The notes below the pieces were generated by a model that was given only the letters and a program-made list of their open reading frames with translations, made no database searches and was not told the DNA's origin. The position numbers were made by a program, and so were the translations under genes. From Mobula hypostoma (taxonomy: Eukaryota), in the NCBI RefSeq assembly GCF_963921235.1, contig NC_086097.1, positions 245,150,001 to 245,214,000 of the forward strand: 64,000 nt of DNA. Reading direction: 5' to 3'. Position 1 is the first letter of the stretch. Each line of letters starts with the position of its first letter. Below are positions 49,350-62,023 of this stretch, in pieces.

Positions 49350-50667
49350 TAGAAACATAGAAAAAAGACAGCAAAATACAGGTCTTTTGGCCAACAATGC
49401 TGTGCTAAACACGTACATACTTTGGAAATTACCTAGCGTTACCCACTTTTTAAAGCCCTTAACTCCGAGTGGAGTCATCGGGACGCCGTCATGACGGTGT
49501 TTTTTTAGCAGGCTTTCTTATCTTTACGAGGCCAAGTTGCTAGCTCAACGCTCAACCCAATATGGATGGAAAGCGTGCAAGGGAGCCGGCTGGATTTGAA
49601 CTCGGGAGCCTTCGCTCCGAAGTCCGACGCTGATGCCACTACGCCACCAGCCAGCTAGGGTTACCCATAGCCCTCTGTTTTTCTAAGCTCCATGGACCTA
49701 TCCAGGATTCTCTTAAAAGACCCTACTGTATCCACCTCCAAGCCCATTCCACGCACTCACCACTCTGTGTAAAAAACTTACCCCTGACATCTCCTCTGTA
49801 GCTACTTCCAAGCACCTTAAAACTGTGCCCTCTCATGCCATTTCAGCCCTGGGAAAAAGCCTCTGACTATCCACATGATCAATGCCTCTCATCCTCCGTC
49901 ACTCCAAGGAGAAAAGGCCAAGTTCATTCAACCTATTCTCATAAGGCTTGCTCCCAATCCAGGTAACATCCTTGTAAATCTCCTCTGCACCCTTTCTATA
50001 GTTTCCACATTCTTCCTGAAGTGAGGTGACCAGAACTGAGCACAGTACTCCAAGTGGGGTCTGGGGTCTGACCAGGGTCCTATATAGCTGCAACATTACC
50101 CCCGGCTCTTAAACTCAATCCCACGGTTGATGAAGGACAATGCACCATATGCCTTCTTAATCACAGAGTCAATCTGCGCAGCAGCTTTGAGTGTTCTCTG
50201 GACTCTGACCCCAAGATCTCTGTGTTCCTCCACACTGCCAAGGGTTTTACCATTAATATTATATTCTGCCATCATATTTGACCTACCAAAATGAACCACT
50301 TCACACTTATCTGGATTGAGCTCCATCTGCCACTTCTCAGCCCAGTTTTACATCCTATCAATGTCTCACTTTAACCTCTGACAGCCCTCCACACTATCCA
50401 CAACACCCCCAACCTTTGTGTCATCAGCAAATTTACTAACCCATCCCTCCACTTCCTCATCCAGGTCATTTATAAAGATCACAAACAGAAGGTGTCCCAG
50501 AACAGATCCCTGAGGCACACCACTGGTCACCGACTTCCATGCAGAATATGACTTGACTACAACCACTCTTTGCCTTCTGTGGACAAGCCAGTTCTGGATC
50601 CACAAAGCAATGTCCCCTTAGATTCCATATCTCCTTACTTTCTCAACAAGCCTTGCATGGGAAACCT
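49350..50667 (-). mobile_element. CR1 family C, 5'-truncated
   Basis: ORFs 49899..50605 are RT remnants; tail tagaaacatagaaaa at 49350. Confidence 0.85.
49446..49655 (-). mobile_element. tRNA-derived SINE with an RTE-like body and 12-bp TSD
   Basis: A box TGGCGTAGTGG and B box GAGTTCAAATCC; TSD TAGSGTTACCCA at 49434-49445 and 49656-49667. Confidence 0.85.
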
Positions 50668-50941
50668 CCTGTTTGCCACCAAATTGGATAACTTCACATT
50701 TATCCACATTAAATTGCATCTGCCATGAATTTGCCCACTCACCCAACCTATCCAAGTCACCCTGCATCCTCTTAGCATCCTCCTCACTGCTAACACTGCC
50801 ACCCAGCTTCGTGTCATCCGCAAACTTGGAGATGCTGCATTTAATTCCCTCATCCAAGTCATTAATATATATTGTAAACAACTGGGGTCCCAGCACTGAG
50901 CCTTGCGGTACCCCACTAGTCACCGCCTGCCATTCTGAAAA
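50668..50941 (-). mobile_element. Internal RT fragment of young CR1 family A (no tail)
   Basis: Near-identical to 18268-18541. Confidence 0.9.
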
Positions 50942-51208
50942 GTTTTAAGGTGCTTGGAAGTAGATACAGAGGAGATGTCAAGGGTAAGTTTTTTACGCAG
51001 AGAGTGGTGAGTGCGTGGAATGGGCTGCCGGCGACAGTGGTGGAGGTGGATACAACAGGACTTTTAAGAGACTCCTGGAAAGGTACACGGAGCTTTGAAA
51101 AATAGCAGACTATGGCTAACCCTAGGTAATTTCTAAAGTAAGTACATGTTCGGCACAGCATTGTGGGCCAAAGGGCCTGTATTGTGCTGTAGGTTTTCTA
51201 TGTTTCTA
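50941..51208 (+). mobile_element. CR1 family C 3' end
   Basis: Inverted copy of the 3' end at 49350-49825; ends in ggttttctatgtttcta. Confidence 0.85.
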
Positions 51209-52469
51209 GGACAGAAAGCGGCAAACATCACTAAGGAACTTCTTAATCCACTACATGCTTTCTTCTCATTTCTCCTGTCACAGAAGAGGTACTGTAAAGG
51301 GGCCTGAAGACCCAAGCAATGATTCAAAAACAGTTTCTTCCCTTCTGCCATCAGGTTTTGAATGGCTCACAAACCCATGAACAGTATCTTGTCATTCCTT
51401 TCTTTTATATTACACCATCAATTTATTTATGTTTGTAATTTTATGCCCTGGCACTGCAGCTGCTACGAGAAATCAACATTCTTCACGTCAGTGATAACAA
51501 ATCTGATTCTGAAGTTATTGGTTAAGACGAAACGGCATGAAAACACAAATTAGAAGGTAGTTACATGTAATGTGGAAAAAATTATTATTAGTTTGGTGAA
51601 CTCTTATTTTGCTGTTTAAAAGTGTACAATGGAAAACAAGTGCATGTCATTGACGATTACTGTTTCGCAGAGTTAAGATCTCAATTGCATTATGAGTACT
51701 GAGTGGAACAGCATCTATATACTTACTCATTAACAAGAATGACAAACTGAAAGTGCACAATTCTCTACAGGTATTGCATCAAATTATTGCAAAAGGGGCG
51801 TGTTTGTACACAGTTATAGCTGACACCTAAAACTGACTTATATGGGTAAATTTGAATGCCAACACACCAGAAGCTGCTTGCCTGTTTAGAGATCTACCTT
51901 AAAATTACTGCAGCTAGCTTTCATTTCCACTTAGTACCTCACACACTGGAATTTTATAAACAATGTTGTGGCCAGGATGTGAAGATAGAATAAATACTAA
52001 AATTTAGGCAATAAATAAAAATATTAATTCTGCCGTGTACCCTAAAAGGATCCTGACAGAAAAATGAAGAGCTGTCCTTCAAGTTAAATGAAAATCTCAG
52101 TATAAAGTGAACAAGCAAACTGCCTCATCCTCCCCAGATGTTTAAATTTCCTGCAGTAGTTCAGACCCATAGTTCGACTTGTATCAGTCAATTTCGAGGC
52201 AAGTAAATTATTGTGAAGGACAATTAAACAATATCTTTAATTGAGATTTCAAAAATATACCTTTATGGTTTACCAAAGAAATACAGTAGTGTATAGTAGA
52301 CATATTATTGAACCAGTACTCTGGAAACTTGGATCAATAAGCCATTGAATTTGAATTTCAATTTGAGAATTTGTATTCAGTTTGATAAAAATAATCTTGC
52401 TGCAACTGACAGCTATTTCACTTACATCCTTCAGCCCTTAAAGACACGTGATCCTGCCTTCTTCTACTT

Positions 52470-54630
52470 AATGACACTTAAAGGATTGACGGTGGATATG
52501 CAATGGCTAGCATTTAAAGGTTGCATGGATGAACTACAACAATTGTTCATCCCAGTTTGGCAAAAGAATAAATCAAGGAAGATAGTGCACCCGTGGCTGA
52601 CAAGAGAAATTAGGGATAGTATCAATTCCAAAGAAGTAGCATACAAATTAGCCAGAGAAAGTGGCTCACCTGAGGACTGGGAGAAATTCAGAGTTCAGCA
52701 GAGGAGAACAAAGGGCTTAATTAGGAAGGGGAAAAAAGATTATGAGAGAAAACTGGCAGAGAACATAAAAACGGACTGTAAAAGCTTTTATAGATATGTA
52801 AAAAGGAAAAGACTGATAAAGACAAATGTAGGTCCCCTGCAGACAGAAACAGGTGAATTGATTATGGGGAGCAAGGACATGGCAGACCAATTGAATAATT
52901 ACTTTGGTTCTGTCTTCACTAAGGAGGACATAAATAATCTTCCAGAAATAGTAAGGGACAGAGGGTCCAGTGAGATGGAGGAACTGAGTGAAATACATGT
53001 TAGTAGGGAAGTGGTGTTAGGTAAATTGAAGGGATTGAAGGCAGATAAATCCCCAGGGCCAGATGGTCTGCATCCCAGAGTGCTTAAGGAAGTAGCCCAA
53101 GAAATAGTGGATGCATTAGTGATAATTTTTCAAAACTCGTTAGATTCTGGACTAGTTCCTGAGGATTGGAGGGTGGCTAATGTAACCCCACTTTTTAAAA
53201 AAGGAGGGAGAGAGAAACCGGGGAATTATAGACTGGTTAGCCTAACGTCGGTGGTGGGGAAACTGCTGGAGTCAGTTATCAAGGATGTGATAACAGCACA
53301 TTTGGAAAGCGGTGAAATGATCGGACAAAGTCAGCATGGATTTGTGAAAGGAAAATCATGTCTGACGAATCTCATAGAATTTTTTGAGGATGTAACTAGT
53401 AGAGTGGATAGGGGAGAACCAGTGGATGTGGTATATTTGGATTTTCAAAAGGCTTTTGACAAGGTCCCACACAGGAGATTAGTGTGCAAACTTAAAGCAC
53501 ACGGTATTGGGGGTAAGGGATTGGTGTGGGTGGAGAATTGGTTAGCAGACAGGAAGCAAAGAGTGGGAATAAACGGGACCTTTTCAGAATGGCAGGCGGT
53601 GACTAGTGGGGTACCGCAAGGCTCAGTACTGGGACCCCAGTTGTTTACAATATATATTAATGACTTGGATGAGGGAATTAAATGCAGCATCTCCAAGTTT
53701 GCGGATGACACGAAGCTGGGTGGCAGTGTTAGCAGTGAGGAGGATGCTAAGAGGATGCAGGGTGACTTGGATAGGTTGGGTGAGTGGGCAAACTCATGGC
53801 AGATGCAATTTAATGTGGATAAATGTGAAGTTATCCACTTTGGTGGCAAAAATAGGAAAACAGATTATTATCTAAATGGTGGCCGATTAGGAAAAGGGGA
53901 GGTGCAACGGGACCTGGGTGTCATTATACACCAGTCATTGAAAGTGGGCATGCAGGTACAGCAGGCGGTGAAAAAGGCGAACGGTATGCTGGCATTTATA
54001 GCGAGAGGATTCGAGTACAGGAGCAGGGAGGTACTACTGCAGTTGTACAAGGCCTTGGTGAGACCACACCTGGAGTATTGTGTGCAGTTTTGGTCCCCTA
54101 ATCTGAGGAAAGACATCTTTGCCATAGAGGGAGTAGAAAGAAGGTTCACCAGATTGATTCCTGGGATGGCAGGTCTTTCATATGAAGAAAGACTAGATGA
54201 ACTGGGCTTGTACTCGTTGGAATTTAGAAGATTGAGGGGGGATCTGATTGAAACGTATAAGATCCTAAAGGGATTGGACAGGCTAGATGCGGGAAGATTG
54301 TTCCCGATGTTGGGGAGGTCCAGAATGAGGGGTCACAGTTTGAGGATAGAGGGGAAGCCTTTTAGGACCAAGATTAGGAAAAACTTCTTCACACAGAGGG
54401 TGGTGAATCTGTGGAATTCTCTGCCACAGCAAACTGTTGAGGCCAGTTCATTGGCTATGTTTAAGAGGGAGTTAGATATGGCCCTTGTGGCTACAGGGGT
54501 CAGGGGGTATGGAGGGAAGGCTGGGTTCTGAGTTGGATGATCAGCCATGATCATAATAAATGGCGGTGCAGGCTCGAAGGGCCGAATGGCCTACTCCTGC
54601 ACCTATTTTCTATGTTTCTATGTTTCTATG
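52470..54630 (+). mobile_element. Young CR1 family A (A1), 5'-truncated; RT ORF open to the stop
   Basis: ORF 52345..54531 from MTLKGLTVD onward is near-identical to the other copies; (TTTCTATG)3 tail. Confidence 0.95.
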
Positions 54631-54709
54631 TATTTGAGATAACCTCTCCCCTGGTTTGTATTTACCCTTATTCTTTTAAATCAATAAAAAAAGATTGAAA
54701 GTGAGTAAA

Positions 54710-55750
54710 GATGGCAAGTCTGTGATTATACTTCATTAGGAGTTTGAAGAGATTTGGCATGTCAACAAATACACTCAAAACCCTCTATAGGTGTACCGTG
54801 GAGAGCATTCTGACAGGCTGCATCGCTGTCTGGTATGGAGGGACTACTGCACAGGACCGAAAGAAGCTGCAGAGGGTTGTAAATCTAGTCAGCTCCATCT
54901 TGGGTCTCACTGTTACCATCAGGTAGGAGGTTCAGAAGCCTGAAGGCACACACTCAATGATTTAGGAACAGTTTCTCTCCCTCTGCCATCCGATTCCTAA
55001 ATGGACATTGAACCGCTTGTCACTGCTACTGTGTGGTCCGGAATCTCCGGAGCAGAAGGCCCCGAATCCTCGGCTTTGCTTGTTTCAGCGGCCGGGGCGA
55101 GGTCGAAGGCGCTCGGCAGAGGATGGCGCTCGGGAGGCTGTATCAGAGGGGCTGGTCAGAGGCTCAAAGTTTTTGGACGGACGGACTCGGTGTCAGTTGT
55201 GGTCGGTTGCTTACAAGGCATCGACAGTTGTCGGTGCCTGGAGGTTTATGGCAGGGAGTTTCTCCCTTTTGCCGCCTGCTATCGGGGACTCAGGAGTCAA
55301 TTGGGACTTGAGACTTTTTTTTACTGTGCCCATGGTCTGTTCTTTATCAAATTATGGGATTGATTTGCACTGCTGTAACTATATGTTATAATTATGTGGT
55401 TCTGTCAGTGTTAGTCTTTGGTTTGTCCTGTTTTTCTGTGATATCACTCTGGAGGAACATTGTATCATTTCTTAATGCATGTATGCATTTCTAAATGACA
55501 ATAAACGAGGACTGAGTGTTCTTATAATCTAATCTAACCCTTGAACTCTACCTCACTTTTAAAATATATATTATTTCTGTTTCTTGCATAATTTTTAATC
55601 TATTCAATATACATATACTGAAATCGATTATTTATTTATTTATTTCTTCCTTCTTCTATATCATGCATCGTATTGAACTGCTGCTGCTAAGTTAACAAAT
55701 TTCATGACACATGCCGGTGGTAATAAACCTGATTCTGATTCTGATTCTAA
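54710..55750 (+). mobile_element. Rex1/Babar 3' end with a nested YY1-family retroposon (55015-55536)
   Basis: RCTVESILTGCIAVWYG; (CTGATT)n tail. Confidence 0.8.
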
Positions 55751-56300
55751 TCAGTTCTTGCCTTCTAAGCTGCAGATTGACCCTGTCTTCCAGTTCCCTT
55801 GCTCATCCTTGCAACCATCTTTAAATAAGAGCACATTAGCCATCCTACAGTCCTCTGCTAGCCCACGTGTGGTTCAAGAAGATACAAAAATCTCTGCCGG
55901 GAACTGAGTACATACTTTTTTTTTAACTGCCTGTTAAGCAGTGGGTGTTTAGGGCAGCAGTGAAGGTCCACGATCCCTGTCTGTACAGAAGGATTCTTCA
56001 CTGCTGTTTCTGTCACAATTGCTTTTTGACCAGTCAGGATTGTTAGCCCCCAAACCTGGGGGACTTTTACCTGTTTGTCATGGGTGACCCTACCAAAGGC
56101 CAAAACACAAGGCCCTGACTCCAGCCAAAATGACTCTCTGGGTCACTGAGGCACACAAGCCTCCAAACCCAATGACAAGTTTGTGGTCCTCGAGGAGGTT
56201 TTCCCTTGCTTCCCATAATATCCTACGATACAGTCAGTCAGCCCCATGATTTATACATTCTTATATGTTTCAAGACCGACAACATCTCCTCTTTTGTTAC

Positions 56301-56900
56301 GTAAACACGAGGAATTATGCAGATGCTGGAAATTCAAGTAACACACATCAAAGTTACTGGTGAACGCAGCAGGCCAGGCAGCATCTCTAGGAAGAGGTAC
56401 AGTCGAGGTTTCGGGCCGAGACCCTTCGTCAGGACTAACTGAAGGAAGAGTGAGTAAGGGATTTGAAAGTGGGAGGGGGAGGGGGAGATCCAAAATGATA
56501 GGAGAAGACAGGAGGGGGAGGAATGGAGCCAAGAGCTGGACAGGTGATTGGCAAAAGGGATACGAGAGGATCATGGGACAGGAGGCCCAGGGAGAAGGAA
56601 AAGGGGGAGGGGAGGAAAACGCAGAGGATGGGCAAGGGGTATAGTCAGAGGGACAGAGGGAGAAAAAGGAGAGAGAGAGAAAGAATGTGTGTATAAAAAT
56701 AAATAACGGATGGGGTACGAGGGGGAGGTGGGGCATTAGCGGAAGTTAGAGAAGTCAATGTTCATGCCGTCAGGTTGGAGGCTACCCAGACGGAATATAA
56801 GGTGTTGTTCCTCCAACCTGAGTGTGGCTTCATCTTTGCAGTAGAGGAGGCCGTGGATAGACATATCAGAATGGGAATGGGATGTGGAATTAAAATGTGT
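56301..56900 (-). mobile_element. Neptune-type PLE 3' fragment with a hammerhead at 56400-56436
   Basis: Minus strand agtcCTGACGAagggtctcggcccGAAAcctcgactg; purine-rich body homologous to 25700-26235. Confidence 0.85.
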
Positions 56901-58024
56901 TCTTTTGTTATGCTGATCTGTTTCAGGGCATCATTATTGCCTTCCTTAAATTCTCTACTTTATGTGACCTTCTCCCTGGTAAATACAGACAAGAGCTATT
57001 TCTTTAAGACCTCACTTACCTTCTATGGCTTCACACATAGATAACCACATAGACCCTGAGGTTGCCCTGTCCTCTCCTTAGTTACCCTTTTGTTCTGAAT
57101 AGAGTCAGAGAGTCATAGAACATTACAGCAGGCCCTCCAGCCCTCCAGTCCATGTTGAGCAATTATTCTATGTAGTTCCATCAACCTGCATCCGGATCAT
57201 AGGCCTTTATACCCCTCCCAACCACTATTTATCCAAATTTCTCTTAAATGTTGAAATGGAACCCACATCCACCACTTCTGCTGGATACCTGTAGAATCTT
57301 TTAGGATTCACTTTTACCTTATTCCAAGTCCCCCTTTGCCCTGTGGATTCTCTTCTGAAGTGTATTTCTACAGGTTTTATACTACTCAAAGGATGCACCT
57401 GCTCTCCTTGACGTTTGCCTCTTCCATTTCCCTTACCACAGCCGCAGTATCCCTCATCGACTAGAGTTCCCTAATACTGCCTCTCAGAACATGGGAGGGA
57501 ACGTCAGCCAGTCATCAGAGTTTGGAGTGAGCCGCTAGCACAAGTGGTGCACGCAAGCTCGATTCAACGTTTATGTGATGTTTGGATAGGTACAAGGATG
57601 GGAGGGGCATGGAGAGAAATGGTCCAGGTGCAGGTCGATGGAAGCAGGCAGTTTAAATAGGTTAGCACAGCTAGATGGGCTGAAGGGCCTGTTTCTGTGC
57701 TGTAGTGTTCTTTTTCTTACTGTAATTTATATATTTTTTTTTAACGTGATGCTAAGTACTGTGGCTGCTAAACAACAAAATTCATGACACATGATGATAT
57801 GAAACCTGATTCAGATTCTGACTTCAGTCAACCACAAATCTTTTACACTCAAGTCACAGCAGGCTTCCTCCCCTGAAGCAAATTCTTCATCCGACAATGC
57901 ACAGCAATCCTGTAACTTCAGTAGCTTTTTAATTCCACTGTTGGTTAACAAACGTGAATAAAAATCACACTGACGTGATTTGGACTTGTGATTCCAGCTC
58001 ACCGGCCCAAGCCTCTGTAATCCT

Positions 58025-59480
58025 GAGAACTTGAGGCCCTCCATAGGTCAGAGTCGAGCATGGATGTTGCATCCCAGCTGTAGGGCAGTATTATATGAAG
58101 AACAAGCTGTTGCCCGTCTACCAGGATGCCTCTCTCCATGCGACTGATGAATCCAAATGAACGGCAGAGAACGATACAGTTTGGCACCGTTGTAATGGGT
58201 GGAAATGTGCATTATTGATGGCCACTGACATTCAGTTGGGGTTCATTTTAAGAGGCTAGTCTGACATGATGACATAATTATGTGAAGTTTTTTTTAACCG
58301 TGCTTTATGTTTCAGTGTTCAGCGGACAATAAATGAAGTTGTTACGTTATTTCTTAAACATAAGGCATCTCATGCCGTTTTATTTGCGAAAACCTGCACT
58401 GGTGACCGATACTCTAGAACAATTCCAGAGTTATTGAACATGTCGGCCCATGCAGTCACCTGGAGCTTTGGGAGCAAAACGCTGTTGCTCGGTTTGTACA
58501 AGCGGAAGCCCAAACTGCGCTGCAAGAAATCTCCACGGACGGCTTCAGATTTTACAACATAGTAGCATTGCTCAGTAATTCATGGCTGCAAGAGCGGTAA
58601 GTCTACTGGAACACCCGAATGAACAAGATAAATACTGATCGCTGAAAACTTACCTTTTACTATCGGAGTCTGAGCGCGCCAAACAGTTGCCGTCTTCGCC
58701 TGGCCTCGGGAATGCTCGTCCGTCAGAGCTAATGGACCCCATGCTGTCTCTCCTGGGAAATCACAATCCTTGTTTTATTTTTAAAAGAACTCCTCATGCA
58801 GCAAACACAGGACCCGAGCCGAGCGGCTTGTCTGAGATCCAGACAGTCTCACAAAGTCAGTTTTAGTGAATTCTGGAGGTGGGGAGGGGTGCCTGTGTAG
58901 AGTAATGGGTGGAAGCATTATTCACAACAACGGCCACTGGGTAGGGGTTCACTTTAAGAGGCCGGTCTGATGTGATGATTTTGTTTTTTTTTACTGCACT
59001 TTATGTTTCTGTATTTTGGAGGACATTAAGTGAGTTGTTACTGTTTTTCTTGAACATAAAACGCCTCACACCATTTTGTCAGTGAAAACCTACACCAGCA
59101 GCTTGGTGGGAGATGCCAGTCAGCATTGAACTCGACGAAGGACTCCAGCTCTGGGTTTTTCCCTCGGGGCTTACTTCTGAAACCTTCCCTATGAGTGGGT
59201 ATGGCCTTAAGAAAGCAGAGATTTGAGATCAGAACTTCCCTTCTCCTAGATGAGCAGCTAACCAAGGCCGACAATCCCAGTCTGCCTGAAGCGACTGGTT
59301 TTAAAGCACCACTAACCCGCTTTTGCTTCTTCTCCTGGCAGTAGCAATGGTTCCGCCGGGCTTAGTAGCTAAACCAGATGTGAAGGCCAGGAGCTGGACT
59401 TGGTTGTCAGAGGCTATTTGAGATGCATGCTATTATGAGTAGTGGGAGTTTAACCCCACTACCACCCCTGGCTATGACAA
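58025..59480 (-). mobile_element. Non-coding RTE-derived (bipartite-type) element split by an LTR element
   Basis: Minus strand ggccttggttagctgctcatctaggagaagggaagttctga (RTE-like 5' motif) and a gtgccaaactgtatc..ttggattcatcag..catggagag segment shared with the SINE at 62098-62370. Confidence 0.6.
58191..59094 (+). mobile_element. Internally deleted Gypsy-type LTR retrotransposon (two ~200-bp LTRs, gag remnant, no pol)
   Basis: LTR1 58191-58398 TGT..CA; PBS-like TGGTGACC; gag remnant (FWEQNAVA.FVQAEAQ..LSESERAKQL..PGLG.ARPSELMD.ML.LL); PPT ggaggtggggagggg; LTR2 ~58896-59094. Confidence 0.85.
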
Positions 59481-59629
59481 CACAAGGAACAATCACCATT
59501 CCTACTCCAGTATACACCATGGTAGAAATTTCACAACTGCAATTCCAAACCCTTCATTTTCTTTATCCCCCTCAACCCTTCTGCTCTTTAACCTTCTTCA
59601 ACTCTGAAGTGAAACCTCTACCGTCATTA

Positions 59630-61130
59630 CAGGAAGTTATGTTGCAGTGTTATAAAACTTTAGTTAGGCACATTTGGAATATTGCAAACAGTTCTGGTCA
59701 CCCCATTATAGGAAGGCTGTCGAGGCTTTGCAGAGGGCACAGAAGAGGCTTACCGGGATGCTGCCTGGATTTGAGGGCATGTGCAACGAGAGGTTCGACA
59801 AACTTATGTTGTTTTCTCTGGAGCCCTGGAGGCTGAGGGAAGATCTGATAGAGGTTTATAAGATTCTGAGAGGCATAGATAGAATAAACAGACAGTATCT
59901 TTTTCACAGTGTTGAAATACTTTATACTTTAATGTCGCCAAACAATTGATACTAGAATGTACAATCATCACAGCGATATTTGATTCTGCGCTTCCTGCTC
60001 CCTGGATTACAAATCGATGGTAAATATTAAAAATTTAAATTATAAATCATAAATAGAAAATAGAAAAATGGAAAGTAAGGTAGCGCAAAAAAAAACTGAG
60101 AGGCAGGTCCGGATATTTGGAGGGTACGGCCCAGATCCGGGTCAGGATCCGTTCAGCAGTCTTATCACAGTTGGAAAGAAGCCGTTCCCAAATCTGGCCA
60201 TACGAGTCTTCAAGCTCCTGAGCCTTCTCCCGGAGGGAAGAGGGACAAAAAGTGTGTTGGCTGGGTGGGTCGTGTCCTTGATTATCCTGGCAGCACTGCT
60301 CCGACAGCGTGCGGTGTAAAGTGAGTCCAAGGACGGAAGATTGGTTTGTGTGATGTGCTGCGCCATGTTCACGATCTTCTGCAGCTTCTTTCGGTCTTGG
60401 ACAGGACAACTTCCATACCAGGTTGTGATGCACCCTAGAAGAATGCTTTCTACAGTGCATCTATAAAAATTAGTGAGGGTTTTAGGGGACAGGCCAAATT
60501 TCTTTAGTTTTCTCAGGAAGTAAAGGTGCTGGTGGGCCTTCTTGGCAGTGAACTCTGCTTGGTTGGACCAAGTCAGGTCATTTGTGATATTGACCCCGAG
60601 GACCTTAAAACTTTTGACCTGTTCCACTTGCGCACCGCCGATGTAAATTGGGTTGTGCGGTCCGCTACTCCTTCTGAAGTCAACAACCAATTCCTTCGTC
60701 CTGCTGATGTTGAGGGATAGGTTATTGTCTTCGCACCATGCCACCAGGTTCTTAATTTCCTCTCTGTACTCAAACTCATCATTACCTGAGATACGGCCTA
60801 CAATTGTGGTGTCATCATTTTAATACCAGGAGGCATGGATTTAAAGTAAGAGGGGTAATTTCAAGGAAGATGTGAGGGGGCAAGTTTTTTTACACAGAGA
60901 GCGGTGGGTGCCAGCAATGCAGTGCTTGAGGTGGTGGGAGAGGCAGATACATCAGAGACTTTTAAGAGACGTTTAGATAGGCACATGACTGTGAGGAAAA
61001 TTATAGGATATGGATGTTGTGTAGGCAAGATAGATTAATTAGTTGGCCATTTTATTACTAATTTAATTGGTTCGGCACAACATTGTGGATCGAAGGACCG
61101 GTTCCTGTGCTGAACTGGTCTATGTTCTAT
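59630..61130 (+). mobile_element. CR1 3' fragment split by Rex1
   Basis: EYCKQFWSPHYRK..LREDLIEVYKIL; resumes at ~60818. Confidence 0.8.
59919..60817 (-). mobile_element. Relatively young Rex1/Babar 3' portion
   Basis: Open ORF 60142..60744 WCEDNNLSLNISRTKELVVDFRR...FFPTVIRLLN; (AAAGTAT)n tail. Confidence 0.9.
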
Positions 61131-61428
61131 GCTCTATTAGCTTTTATCTGATGTTTTCTCAACTTTAAAATTGTATTATGTTTACCTTCAACACCCGATG
61201 TCCCATTTCTGAAAATTCCTTCCCTAAAGCTCTATGTCTCTTTAATTTACCATGCTCCATTGTCCAAATTGTACACACTTCTCATGAAATTTCCTGGTGA
61301 CTTATTGTCAAATGTTGCATGACAGTGTAATGTTCCAGTGTACTTCAGAATTATGTTAAAAACACTCCACGTGAATTTATGACAGGAATCATACTAGTTT
61401 TAATTTTTATCGGGTTTCTCTTTAGATG

Positions 61429-61506
61429 AGGGGTTGCCAAACTTTTTTATGCCATGGACCAATACCATTAAGAAATGGGTCCGTCGACCCCAGATTGGGA
61501 ACCCCT
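61429..61506. mobile_element. Small hAT-like MITE
   Basis: TIRs AGGGGTTGCCAA and TTGGGAACCCCT; imperfect TTAGAT-containing target duplication; related fragment at ~13644-13697. Confidence 0.65.
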
Positions 61507-62023
61507 ACTTAGATTAACATACCACAAAGAAATCACACCATTGGCTTCTCTTTATGAACCTATCCATCTGTGCGGCATTTTCAAAGAATTATGGACCTGT
61601 ATTCCCAGATCCCTTTGTTGTACCACACTCCTCAGTGTCCTACCGTTTACTGTGTAAGACCTACCCTGGCTGGCCCTCCCAAAGTGCAAAACCTCACCCT
61701 TGTCTTCATTAAGTTCTATCCGCCATTCTTCAGCCTATTTTTCAGATGGTCCAAATCTTGCTCCATCTATGATTGCCTTCCTCACTGTCCACTATGCCCC
61801 AAACTTGGTGTCATCCACAAATTTGCTGATCCAGTTTACCACATTATCATACAGATCATTGATATCAATGACAAACAAAAATTATCCCAGCACCAATCCC
61901 TATAGCACACCACTAGTCTCTGACAGGCCTCCAGTCAGAAAGGCAACCATCTACTACCTCTCTCTGGTTTCTCCACTCAAGCCAATGTCTAATCCAATTT
62001 ACTACCTAATCTTGAATGCCTAG

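Noticed and set aside
49580..49655. tRNA gene
   Set aside because: A/B boxes are attached to a SINE body with a TSD; no complete cloverleaf is evident
52345..52469. N-terminal extension of the 728-aa ORF
   Set aside because: Flanking DNA that happens to be in frame, with a non-ATG start; not part of the LINE
57995..58020. CCGGCCCAAGCC resembling a twister ribozyme segment
   Set aside because: The other conserved twister elements and pairings were not found
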